DNA from: the human T2T-CHM13v2.0 reference genome, Homo sapiens
Strand: one strand, 5' to 3'
DNA length: 64,000 bases
Assembly: GCF_009914755.1 (NCBI RefSeq)
Contig: NC_060925.1
Below the pieces are notes generated by a model that was given only the letters and a program-made list of their open reading frames with translations, made no database searches and was not told where the DNA came from. Positions 1 through 12,147 of this stretch are shown here, piece after piece. Every line of letters begins with the position of its first letter. Within the stretch, counting starts at the first letter, position 1. The translations under genes were made by a program, and so were the position numbers.

Positions 1-77
1 TGGTTGTACCAGTTTGATCTCCTAATAGCAGTGCATGAATGTTTCATTTCCCCACATCCTCGTGAGTGCTTGGTATT
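1..77 (-). mobile_element. Old L1 (L1M-type) ORF2 3' fragment
   Basis: TGGTTGTACCAGTTT...TTTCCCCACATCCTC matches the antisense of the L1 ORF2 3' region. It probably resumes near 325-410, after the MIR. Confidence 0.6.
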
Positions 78-79
78 AA

Positions 80-272
80 ACCTTGGCTCTGCCACTTTCC
101 TGCTATGTAACCTTGGGTTAAGATACTTAACATCTCTTCCCCTCAGTTTTCTCAACAGTAAAATGGAACGATACTAGCATCTTCTTCATAATGTCCTGTG
201 AGGAGTAAATGAGTCAATGTATGTTTTACTCAGAACATAGTCTGGCCCATAGTAGGTGTTATTATTGCTATT
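80..272 (+). mobile_element. MIR SINE
   Basis: MIR core GGCTCTGCCACTT...ACCTTGG...CCTCAGTTTTCTCAACAGTAAAATGG...TGTGAGGAGTAAATGAG. Confidence 0.8.
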
Positions 273-2371
273 CTGTTATTTTATTTTCAAATGTTTACCA
301 TGTACCATGGACAGAAGGTAGCATTTTTTTTTTGTTTTAACGTATCCATTTTAATTGTTAGAGAGGTAGAGCATAACTTCATATACCTCTTAGCTATCCA
401 GATTTTCCTTTATCTTCTTGTGACATGTTTGTTCTATCTTTAATGAACAATATTTTCTAGCGTTTCATGTCCTGTGCCCATCCCCACAAATATTAAAGCC
501 AAATCCCCAAACATAACAGATGTTTAAATTTGTTTATGTGCTGTGAACTGTGCAGGATGATTTTGCCCATGAAAGAGAGTTACTGACGAATATTAGCTCT
601 TGCTTCATGCTGGTGTGTCTAACAAGCACCATCACTATGAAATCGTACTCAACCTAGCTCTCTTTTTGTTCACTCCTTATGGGTGTTTAACCCCAATGCT
701 TAGACAATATCACTATCATTAAGATTGTAGATTTGGTTCTGGTCTGTGTGTCCCAGTTCCCCTCAATCTGTGCTCAGGGCTACAAGTCTACACCCTCACC
801 ATCTATTGGTCCCGAAGGGGAAAGTATTACAGAGGTGAAAGTCTGACCCCCTGTAACTCCATCTGGGCCACGATAAAAACAACTGAAGGCAGAGGTGAGC
901 AACAGAAGTCATTTTTGTATAGGGCAAGGATCATTATAGATGGGCTAGTCCATCTGCAGAATGACAAATGGAACTTTATTATGGGTAGAGGAAGCATAAT
1001 TCATGACTTAAAAACAAAATCAATTTAATTTAGTAATGTATTTTATGGAGTTGGAAATCAGTGACTTCAAACCCCAAAATAATAAAATAGTCTCTATTTA
1101 AACTCAACTGAATTGTTATTCTTCATTTCTTATTTTTTCACCTTGTTAATTATAAAGGCAGTTGAAATATTATTTTTGAAATGTTGCAAATGGGCTATAG
1201 TCTCTGTGTGGTATTTGACATACCCAAGGGACAATGTATTCTTACTGTTATTCGGCATTCTTTTTTTGTACAGTTTTTAAAGTTAATGTTTCCTGCTTTG
1301 GAAATCTTTAATTAAAAATGGCCACATGGCATTAGAGGCAAACTCCCTAGAGACTAAGCCCTGCAGGTGAGATTGGATGATGTTGGAGCAGATGGCAAGA
1401 TGTTGTCTGCTGGGATGGGAAATCAGGTTTGTGGTTTGAAAAGGCCAGAGGGAAAAAAGAAGGAAAGAAAGATCTGCTGTGTTCAAGAGTAAAGAGAGCC
1501 CTACTAGACCAATCGGTGTTTAGAGCAGGAGTTTTAGCTGATTCTGAGTAATTGATAAAGAGGCTCTCTCCTCATCAGGTATGGGCAGTGCAACACTCTG
1601 CTTGGGGTTTGAATGGTTTCCATGGAACAGCTTCTGACTTGAAGGTGAAAAGCAGAATTGTTTTGAATCATGTTATTTTCTAAGCCCATAAGAGTAGTTT
1701 TCCTCCCAGGCTTTAGTGTCTGGCCAAAAAAAATCTGCATCTATAGATTATGTACACATCATCTATAAAAATAGATATAGATAATAACCAAACACCATGG
1801 AGTGATGCATTTTTCTTCCCCTCTCCCCCGAAATGTTACAATGAATTATGAAAAGGTTAATCTGTTTCACCTAAACAGAGGGGAAAGCCATCTGTAGCAG
1901 GCCCTGCCTCAGGCTTCCCGTGAAGACGTCTACCTGTGAGCAGCTGGGTGGGTTGGTGAGTTGTCTCAATGCTTAACACATTTCCAATATCAATGACAGT
2001 GGGTCTTATAATCCATGTGATGGCTTTCCAGTCACTGGGGCAACAACTTGAATTCAGGAGCCCTGTCCTGAACAGAAACACTGGATAATTTCTACTCCGG
2101 TCAGGCATGTGCCTGACTGCTGTGTCTTGGAGGGTTTCCATATATCATAATTTTGCTCAAATTTTCCAGAGACATTCTTCTGGCCAACTGTATCACAATA
2201 TGGTAACAGGAAACTTCTGCTTTTATTTTCCATAAATCCAGCCCTAGGTACAATAATTTCCTGAGTGGAGTCACTCATGTGCCCCAGAAAGCTCCATCAA
2301 GGTAAAAGGAGTGTGGGTGGCAGGCTGCAAAGCAGCAAAGGGAGTGTCCATAAATTACCATCAAGCATGAT

Positions 2372-2613
2372 AATAACAACACTTACTGAGTGTTACACAT
2401 ATTTTTGAACATTGTGCTAAACCGTTCATATGCATTATCTCAGTGACTTCTCAGTGACCCTATGAAGTACATATTATGATCATTATTTCCACTTTGCAAT
2501 GAGAAAACTGAAATATGGAGAGGAACACCGACGTGCTCAAGCTAGTAATTAAAAGAGTTGGGGTCGAACTGGATTTTGTATGATTTCTGAGCCCAAGCTA
2601 TTAACCACCGCTG
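2372..2613 (-). mobile_element. MIR SINE, near full length
   Basis: CACTTACTGAGTG...ATTATCTCA...CCCTATGAAGTA...TTTGCAATGAGAAAACTGA...TTAACCAC. Confidence 0.8.
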
Positions 2614-4244
2614 CAGTAACTGCTGCCCTAGCTGAGAGAGTTTAGGTTTTGATCACTTACTATGTGTAAAGTGCTGTAAGAGGTACAAGAAGCATAGCAC
2701 ATGTTTACAATGAGGGTTAAGAGAGTAGTGGTTCAGATCATGAGTACTTAGTGTTTGGAAAAAGGGAAGTATCTGTGGGCTGGAGTTACCAGGGGAAGTC
2801 ATTATGGAGTAGGTGGACCTAGAAAACTGGGAGAAGGTTTGGGCCTGACTCTAGGATAGAGAATGCTTTCCAGATAGTAAGGAAAGCTAAATAAAGTCCC
2901 TGGACCTTCCTGAAAACATAAAAAAGACAAGAGTCATGTAGTAGAAAATCTTCTGACCTGTGGCTAGAGTGATGTAATGAAGTCCTATGACAATCCTTGC
3001 TTTCTCCAGAAAGGCCGTTATTACTATCTGCTATTCCAGGAAACAGGGAAAGACCTGTCTCTGAAAGACTTCCCCAAAGACCTCATTCTAAAGCCTAGTG
3101 TAATGAAGCTAGTTGTATTCTAAGGTTCTTTTTGCTTTCTAACACTTGGGAGGATTCCAAAATGGCAGCTACTTTGACAAACTCATGAGGCATTGATGAA
3201 ATTGTGTCTAGAAGGGAATAATCTGGCATAGGCATAACTGCTTAGCAAGGATTGAGGAGAATTTGGGCCACTGATAGGAACACAGGTCCCCTTCTAAATG
3301 AATAGGCAATATCATAGAAAGATGAGTTTTCCCTTTGATGGTGGGTTGTATCCTCCAGTCCATGACATGATCTTCTCCATCTTGAATTATTGGGTGACAT
3401 AACTTGCACTCCAGCAGAACACATGATTATTATTCAGGAGTGAGTGACTTGAAATTGAAATGCTTGCATGGTCATGAACTCCATCAGTGTTAAAAATAAA
3501 TCTTTTTATCTGCTCTGCATTCCTGGGCTGGTACTCTTTTCCATTGGAGCCCCCTTTAAAAGATGTGTGGACTGCACGTTGAACAAGATCGAATGTGACT
3601 TTGCAAAAATAGAATGCTTGGTCTCTCCTCTTTTCCTCTCCACTCGACAATGCAAGATAAATTCACTCCACGGGAACCTTTTGTGGGTTGTACTGCTCAG
3701 GCAACTTGCAGTTTTCTGGGGGAAAGTCAGCTCACGCTACATTTATCACCCCCTGCTGCTGGCTACAATTCAACCCACTTCGAACCACTGAGCAGAGGTG
3801 CTGATGGGGGCTCTGGCATTCGAATTTCACATCATAATGGAAGTGCAGGGAAGCAAAAGACAAATGTATCAGGGCCGCTCCAGGTGTCCACTAAAAAAGA
3901 GGTCAAAAAGTATGACACTGGGTGATGGGGACTAAATATGAGTATATTTGCAATAATAAAAATATACAGTTGCTCCCCCCACAACTTTTATATTTTTTGC
4001 CTCTGGTAAGCCTGGCTCAAATAGTGAGTTTCCTATTGTGATATGAGAATCATCAACTCTTATCAAGACTGGTAGCCTCGATTTCACTTCGTAATCCACG
4101 CACAACTCAACATAGTCAAAACAAATTAATAATAAAAGAACACAACATGCCTTTCCTTTCTTCCTCTACCCAAGGGCATATTCTCTGAAGAAACCAAGAA
4201 CACAACCACAAAATAAATGTAGTGGATAATTGAGTGAAATTAAT

Positions 4245-4630
4245 ATATTAGTCAATATAAGTTAGGTTATGCTGCTGAGATGACCAGCCCCTAAATCTCC
4301 CAAAACAAAAGCATATTCCCCATAGCAGTCAGTGGAGGACTCTGCTTCACAGGCCACTCAGGGACCCACGCTGATGGAGTGCTACTTCATCACTGCGCCA
4401 TCTGGAACACATGGACTTCTGGATACTTCTGGCAGGAGAGAATGCTGCAGGGTCTCCCACTGTACAATGCAATTCTTTGACTCAGAAGTGAAGCACATCC
4501 TTTCCATTCTCAGTGTGTTGGCCAGAACCAGTCACATGATCCTAACTGCAAGGAGCCAAGGGAGCACAATCCATGTGTGCCTGGAGGCAGAGGAGGCTGG
4601 GTTAGAGGCGAGCCCTGGATGTTTCTACTT
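4245..4630 (-). mobile_element. Old MaLR LTR (MLT1J/K/L-like)
   Basis: TATTAGTCA...TAGGTTATGCTGC at the start, ACTCAGGGACCCA(C)GCTGATGG, and TTGGCCAGAACCAGTCACATG...CTAACTGCAAGG, all typical of antisense old MLT1 LTRs. Confidence 0.7.
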
Positions 4631-6241
4631 ATGTTGTATGAATTCTCTACTACACGTTGGCTTCTTGAAGTAGATCTGAATGGAATAGTAGTGGCTTTTT
4701 GAATTTAAATAAGCCCAATATATTTATCATTTCTTTTAATTTCCAGGTTCAGTGATGTTCAAAAATAGTCACAGAGTCACAGGTTTTCAGTACTGAAAGA
4801 ACCAAATCAATCTTTAATTGAAAGGATGAAAAAACTGAGACCTGGAGAGTTTGTGAGTTGTCCACAATCTCCCCATTGTCAGCAGAGAGAGTTGATTCCC
4901 AGGCCCAGTTGATTCCAACAGACAGTTGATTCCCTACATTGAGTTGTCTTTGTTATTTCCCTTGGATGGCATCAGAAGGTAATGTCTGACCAACAACAAA
5001 AGTGAAAAGCTGTGAGAATCAATGACAAAGTAGACAGCATATGAATTATTTTCAGTATTAACACCCAAGGTATTTATGCTGTGTTTAGAGCTGATATGGT
5101 TTTACATTATTCATCCATTTCTCTACCTGTTATTATTCTTTTTGACTTGTTAATCATAACATTAATGACAATTTTTTTTCCTTCTAATTCAACTTTAAGG
5201 TTCGTATTTGGTTCCAGGGCCATATGTTTGTGTTGATCCATGGCATTGTTTCCTAATGTTTTTATGCCATGGCAAACACAGAATATGTTAATATTGGACA
5301 GTATATTGGAGTAAGACCACCGAGACTGCTCAGTCCTAGAGATAGTAACTCACAAGTTCTGGCTGCCTTAGGCCCCAAGCCTGGCCAACTAAGGAATTGG
5401 AGATCAGTGCCTTGGCACACAAGTAACCTTGTGATGCATAGGTGGGAAGCCTTCACCTTCAGAGAAAAGCACTGAGCTGAGCTGGGCATACATTTCTCTT
5501 TCAAGCTGGTAGAATTTGGGGGAAGAATTATGTCCGTATTTACCTCTGCTGATTTGAATACTTGGAGAGATGTTGGTTGAAAAGATTATTAAAAGGAAAA
5601 AGTCACCTCACTTGGACCCCACTTGATCAGGGAAGCCTTCTTGGAAGAGTCAGATTTTTAGCCGTGTTTAGGGAGTACGAATGAATACCCATACCAAGTT
5701 AGATAAGCTTGTAACCCTGGAGTGCTATTTAAAGACTTTCTAGAGGCATAATGAAGCCATTTTAAATAAGGGATATTTTCAGCATAAAATGCTTAACAGA
5801 ACAAATACCTCTAGGCTTCTGCAGGTTTCAGGGGAGGCAGAATGGAAAGCCACACTGATGAAACACCACTAACAGGCAAATGTTCTCTTTTGCCATGAGG
5901 TGAGCAGCTCACAGGGTTTAACTTAAGGGAAAACTCTTTGGTGGCTGGCTTGGGTAATGAGTATCTGCTGGGAAGACCTTGTGAGCATTATTTGTGCCCA
6001 TGTCTGTGCAAAAAATGTCTGTTCCCTTTATGGTATGAGGTTTGAAAGGAAAATGGATTGCATCCCATTGGAAGAAAATAGTTTGATCACTGTCTGGCCC
6101 TAGCTTTTTGGTCCTTTATAATTCTTTTCTGTGTCACTGTTTGACATCTATCATTACAATGCTGCCAGACCATTTCCTCCCCTACTTTATACCACGTGGA
6201 GATCTCTTTGTGAAAAACAAGGATGCTAATGTTGTTTCCAT

Positions 6242-6306
6242 TGTGTGCATGTACATGTACGTGTGTGTGTGTGTGTGTGCATGTGCGTGTATGCACATGC
6301 GCATGC
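6242..6306. repeat. Alternating purine-pyrimidine tract with (TG)n core
   Basis: 65 bp of uninterrupted YR alternation. Confidence 0.9.
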
Positions 6307-6521
6307 TGAGCATGGACGTATTTGTCTATGGAACATGGACAGGAGGCAAAAATTTCATTCTAACACATTTACTGGCTCTGCCCAGCAATCCAAATGCTGT
6401 GGAATAGACAGAAGTAAGTCAGGATGGGAATTGTCCTATCTCAGCATATTAAAAGGTGGGTATGACAAGTAAGTGAGCTGTCAGTTGTTCCAAGACAGAA
6501 GGAGGAAAACCCAGAGATGGG

Positions 6522-6655
6522 TAGGATGATCATATAATTTATCATCCACATTGGAACACTTATAAGAATAAAAGGGGGTGCTATTAATAATTACACTGGG
6601 ACAACATGTGTAAATTGGGACTGTCCCAGGCAATCTGGGATGAATAGTTAGCTTG
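6522..6655 (+). mobile_element. MER94 (hAT-Blackjack MITE)
   Basis: TAGGATGATCATATAATTTATCATCCA...AAAGGGGGTGCTATTAATAATTACACTGGGACAACA...GGGACTGTCCCAGGCAA matches the MER94 consensus. Confidence 0.8.
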
Positions 6656-6992
6656 GGGGTGGGCTAGGTGTCAAAATGCCAGGAGAGGAATAGCCACATA
6701 CTAAAAATGGGTCTTTCCATTGGAATGAAGTCAGGAACATGGCCAAGGTTACATGCTGGAATAATGTAATGAAAAATGCAAAAACTGAATGGGGCAGGTG
6801 TGAGAACTAAGGTCTTGCATGGTTGATAGAGACTCGTAAGCAAATAAGAGCTAACAAGAATCCTGCTTGGGGAGATGTGGGGCATGCGGACCTGGAGTAA
6901 TCTAGGGCAGTAGGTTGTTTGCTCCTTTTGAAGGCCAGCAATGGTCTCCCTTCCCCTTGGAAATCTCTTTATCTATCTAAAAGGCAAAGTTC

Positions 6993-7304
6993 TACCAGGC
7001 ATGGTGGCGCACACCTGTAATCACAGCACTTTGGAAGCCTAAGGCGGGAGGATCACTGAGCCCAGGAGTTTGAGACTAGCCTGGGCAACACAAAGAGACC
7101 ACATCTCTACAAAAAAAAATATAAAAATTAGCTGGGTGTGGTGGTGTTCACCTGTTGTTCTAGCTATGTGGGAGGCTGAGGTGGGAGGATCGCTTGAGCC
7201 CGAAAGGTCAAGGCTGTAAGGAGCTGTGATTACACAACTGCACTCCAACCTGGGCAACAGAGCAAGACCCTGTCTCAAATAAAGTAAAATAAAATGAAAT
7301 AAAG
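6993..7304 (+). mobile_element. AluJ, full length
   Basis: Dimeric Alu with J-type GGGAGGATCGCTTGAGCCC and a (TAAAA)n tail. Diverged TSD TAAAAGGCAAAGTTC (6978-6992) / TAAAAGGCAATCTTC (7305-7319). Confidence 0.95.
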
Positions 7305-7661
7305 TAAAAGGCAATCTTCCCCACACTTGACATCTGTCAGAAATAGGCAATTCATGTTAAACAGAAGCAGTCCAGTACTGCCATGTTTAAAGTTGAAGGG
7401 CTAAGGGCACAAAAACATTTCTGGTGGACGACTGTCAGTAATGGATAGGGGGATTCCATCTGAGGGATACCCCCATATATTTACTTCTGATTTGTATTCT
7501 ACACACAAGACTGCAATAAAGGGAAAAGATAAAAGCCCAAGGATGTCTATATGTAAGATGTTTTTCTTTAAGATGATACATTAGGTGAGGGAAGGGTATT
7601 GCTAAGAATCCTAGGAGTGCTGAGCTTTTAGAAGAAAGCATCTGATACTCAGCAGACCATC

Positions 7662-8498
<837 letters not shown>

Positions 8499-9544
8499 TT
8501 ACAATCCAACAAGAAAAGAGAAAACATATACGGGAAATGCACAGATACAGACACCAGTGGGAAGAGGAGCAAAATTCTCAAAAGAACCATTACAAGGTCT
8601 AATAGATACGTGCAGCCTGACTTCCCCTAACTGCTTTTCTGGGCCTTGGAGCGGTGGCTGAGCCTCATGGTTACTGGGCCGCCGGGACTCAGCACAGATG
8701 TCAGGGTAATGACACCACAAAGCCTTCCATAGAGGGACAAACCCAGCCCATGTCTTGCCTCTAGTAGGCATCTATGGGTAGACAAAGCAGTGGGTTTTTC
8801 AGTTGTTTTTTTAAACTGTACTTTTCAAAGCAAAGACAGGGACTCAGTGCATGGGGTGGGCCAGTTGGGCTCTGCAGTCAGAGGCTTTGATAGGAGCTCA
8901 GAGTCTACCCCCCTGGCAAAGTCTGTGGCCAGGACTTGAGGAGGCAATGTAGGAAAACACTTTACTAAAATGCCAAGCTACCTGCTGGCACAGATAAGCC
9001 TGAAATAAGTCTGTTTTTATGTCAGAAAAACATGAGCCCCTAGATCCTGAGCTGTGTATTCAATAAGAGGCACTCATTCCCACTGCGGTTCTGTTCACTA
9101 ATTGTCCCTCCAGACTGGCTCCCAGGCAATCCAGATGAAGAGGGGAACTTGGCTCCAAAGCCTAGCTCACCTCTGTCATTATGGTAATGAAATATACAAA
9201 CCCAAATCATCAAACAAACACACAGACAGAGGGGTGTATTTCTTGTTTATTCATTTTGCAACCCTGCTTGTTTTGGGAAAGTGAGCGCTGCTGACTTCAG
9301 CTCAGGAGCACATGACTCTGCTGAATCCCACAGGGAACACACCAATCAGCTCTTTCAAGCCCTACCCATGCCAGCAGTGGTTGAGTGCAAGCAAGGAGGT
9401 GAGGTGGGTTAGCACCAGAACCCTGCAGCCTTGTTTTTATCCTTACTTCTCCATTGAGACGTAAGAATGAGGTGGTCACAGGTATATGCCTCCTACCAGC
9501 AGCCTTGTGCCCAGTCTTTATTAGAGGGGTCAGAACAAATGTCC

Positions 9545-9960
9545 CATTCGTTTGTTCAATAAATATTTAAATCTTTGTAAATATTAAGTATTTAATTTAA
9601 ATGTAAATCTTTTTAAGTTTGAAATATTTAAATTTTTGTAAATATTTATTGAACAATGGCTGTGTGCCAGGGACTGTACCAGGTGCCCTGCACAGAGTGA
9701 CAAAGAAGATGGCCAAGGTCCATCTAGGGGCTTCCATTCCACTGTGGGGTATAAACAATGAATGAATAAACAAAATAAGTAAGCTGGACATGGTGGCTCA
9801 TGCCTGTAATCCCAGCACTTTGGGAGGCCAAGGCAAGCAGATCACTTGAGGCTAGGAATTTGAGGATGCAGTGAGTTAGTTGTACCACTGTGTTTCAGCC
9901 TAGGCAACAGAGTGAGACCCCCATCTCTAAAAAATTTTAAAAAATAATAATTACAGATTG
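9545..9960 (-). mobile_element. L2 3' end (hosts the Alu monomer)
   Basis: TTCAATAAATATTT...ATTGAACAA...TGTGTGCCAGGGACTGTACCAGGTGC. Confidence 0.7.
9782..9945 (+). mobile_element. Monomeric Alu (left-arm 5' part joined to right-arm 3' part; FRAM/AluJ-like)
   Basis: Starts with left-arm CCCAGCACTTTGGGAGGCCAAGG, continues directly into right-arm GAGGATGCAGTGAG...CAGCCTAGGCAACAGAGTGAGACC, then an A-rich tail. Confidence 0.85.
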
Positions 9961-9964
9961 ATTT

Positions 9965-10290
9965 GTAATACCTAACACCTCTATTTACTGCTTACTAGCC
10001 CAGTTCTAAGGCCTCACATATATTTCAGGCTGATCCATATGAAATTGTTGATAAATGACCATACTGACTTACCAAAATGGCAATTTCATAGGTTCAACCT
10101 AATGTTTAGCTAGTAAATCTCCACAACAATCCTAGAGATAGGTCCTATAATGACAACTTAATCCATGGAAAGTGGACAAATAAATATTAATAAGTTGCCA
10201 AAATTCACAGAGCATGTTTGTGACCGAATCTGGACTTAAATCCAGACAATTTGACCTCAGGATTCATGGTCTCATCTGTTAAGTTCTATA
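9965..10290 (-). mobile_element. MIR, interrupted by MADE2
   Basis: TATTTACTGCTTACT...AATCTCCACAACAATCCTAGAGATAGGT...TAAGTTGCCAAAATTCACAGAGC. Confidence 0.6.
10021..10103. mobile_element. MADE2 (mariner-derived MITE)
   Basis: About 80 bp with terminal inverted repeats AGGCTGATCCATATGAAATTG / CAATTTCATAGGTTCAACCT. Confidence 0.8.
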
Positions 10291-10473
10291 CATGAGATGA
10301 GTCAGAAACTAGCAAATCCATTTAAGAAGAGATAGCGAGGAAGGGCCTCTCAGAGGAAGATATTAGAGCTGAGACCTGAAGGATGAGAATGATTCAGCTG
10401 TGAATTAACCTTGAAGAAATGTCGCTATCATTTGTGACACACTGTCAAACCTATAAGGACAACTGAATTTCTT

Positions 10474-10802
10474 TTCTTTTCTTTTTATCGAGATGGAGTC
10501 TTGGTCTGTCACCCAGGCTGGAGTGCAGTGGCAGGCACGATCTTGGCTCATTGCAACCTCTGCCTCCTGGGTTCAAGCAATTCTCCCGCCTCTGCCTCCT
10601 GGGTTCAAGCAATTCTCCCGCCTCAGCCTCCCAAGTAGCTGAGATTATAGGTACATGCCACCATTCCTGGCTAATTTTTGTATTTTTAGTGGAGATGGGG
10701 TTTCACCATGCTGGCCAGGCTGTTCTTGAACTCCTGACCTGATCTGCCAGCCTTGGCCTCCTAAAGTGCTGGGATTCCAGGCATGAGCCACCATGCCTGG
10801 CC
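10474..10802 (-). mobile_element. AluS with internal 32-bp tandem duplication
   Basis: Antisense Alu; TSD AACTGAATTTCTT (10461-10473) / ACCGGAATTTCTT (10803-10815). Confidence 0.95.
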
Positions 10803-11979
10803 ACCGGAATTTCTTATTTGAGGAGTGTAGAGCACATCTCCCATGGTGTTGCTTCCTACTGACCGCCCTAGGGGTGGGCCTCTCCTTTAGGCCTCCATAC
10901 TATTTCCTGGAAGGAATGTGGCCTGGGAGCTGACCTGATTTATGATCTATCGCTGCTGGTCTCTGTGGATGCAGCAGCTCTAAAGGTCCTTTCTTACCCA
11001 CGACCTTCGTGTCCTAGGCCCAAGTCAGAAAAACCTGGTAGCAACATAGACTTTTCAGTCCTTCTTCAGTTGAACATACCTTCCATACAAAACAATTGCC
11101 TCCTCAAATGCTCATAGCCTTGTGAGCATAAGTTTGAACTTATGATCACCACCCTACGGACTGAGCCATTCTCAATGCCTGATTCTCTGTAACTAATGCA
11201 AGTGTCTCCACTGAGGTTTCTAAAGTGACTGTGACAGGGCATCTGGGGCAAAGAAGTCCTTAAGATCTTCATTTCTACTTTTCCACAGCTGGTCTACTGT
11301 CTCTGTTCCTGTTATTCCAGGCCTGTCCAGGCTCTGAGATCCTGATCTTAAGCCATCCTAGACTGTCATATTGTGGGCTTAGCACTGAGTCATTGTCTCT
11401 GTTATTCTGGCTGGGGATATGCTACCCAGTCCTGACACCTGGACTTCATTTTTCTCTTCCATCCACCACCTCCTTACCAATGGCACACCTGTTTTAGAAA
11501 CAGGCTGTTACCTTCATCTTATCCCCAAATTACAACTTATATTAGAAAAACTATACTTTTATTAGAAACTTATATTAGAAAACTATAATTCTATTTTGAT
11601 CTCTGTCCAAGTTTTTATTCTGCCTTTAAATCTTACCAAGTTTTTCCCAGTGATGGAAAACCTGCCCTTGGATGGCTGTCCTGTGGCTTGCAGCCTGGCT
11701 TTCTATTGAAGATCACTAGATGGGACCACCAGGCATCACTTGGTAGATCCCCATTTCCAACTTTAACTTCCTAACTGGGATCTGGAGCTGCTTATTCACA
11801 TCCTGTTCTCTTACCACCCATGCTCACTACTAAATGGACTAGGATTGAAGAAGTAACTGAGTGCCTGAGTGTGGTCAGAAGTGGACCTCAAGTGAGGACG
11901 ACTTGGGGTTGGTCATGGGCTAGGTAAGCCTACCTGTAAGTGTTAGGAGGGTGTCACAAACCTAGAGAGGCAAGTCTGA

Positions 11980-12147
11980 TGATAACTCGGAGCACAGACT
12001 CTGGACTCACACAGATCTAGGTGTGAATCCTGGACAGCTCACTTAATCTCTCTATCCTTCAAATTATCTTTCTAGAAAGTAAGCATAATTCTAATATGAA
12101 TTTAGTGCTTACAGAGTGGTTGTGAAATTTGAAAGATGATGTAGTTA
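11980..12147 (+). mobile_element. MIR 5' part (remainder at about 18629-18670, split by the L1)
   Basis: GAGCACAGACTCTGGACTCACACAGATCTAGGTGTGAATCCTGG...GGTTGTGAAATTTGAAAGATGATG. Confidence 0.75.

Noticed and set aside
2100-2117. GTCAGGCA-TG-TGCCTGAC inverted repeat or p53 site
   Set aside because: Isolated 8-bp arms are expected by chance in 64 kb, and there is only an imperfect p53 half-site.
4890-4933. CRISPR-like repeat-spacer array
   Set aside because: 10-bp repeats and 7-bp spacers are far too short, the context is eukaryotic, and there are no cas genes.
10021-10103. Novel miRNA hairpin
   Set aside because: The fold-back is explained by MADE2 terminal inverted repeats, and there is no evidence of processing.
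10810-11830. Assignment to a named LTR/ERV family
   Set aside because: It has an LTR-like composition, but I could not recognise termini, a TSD or a consensus match.
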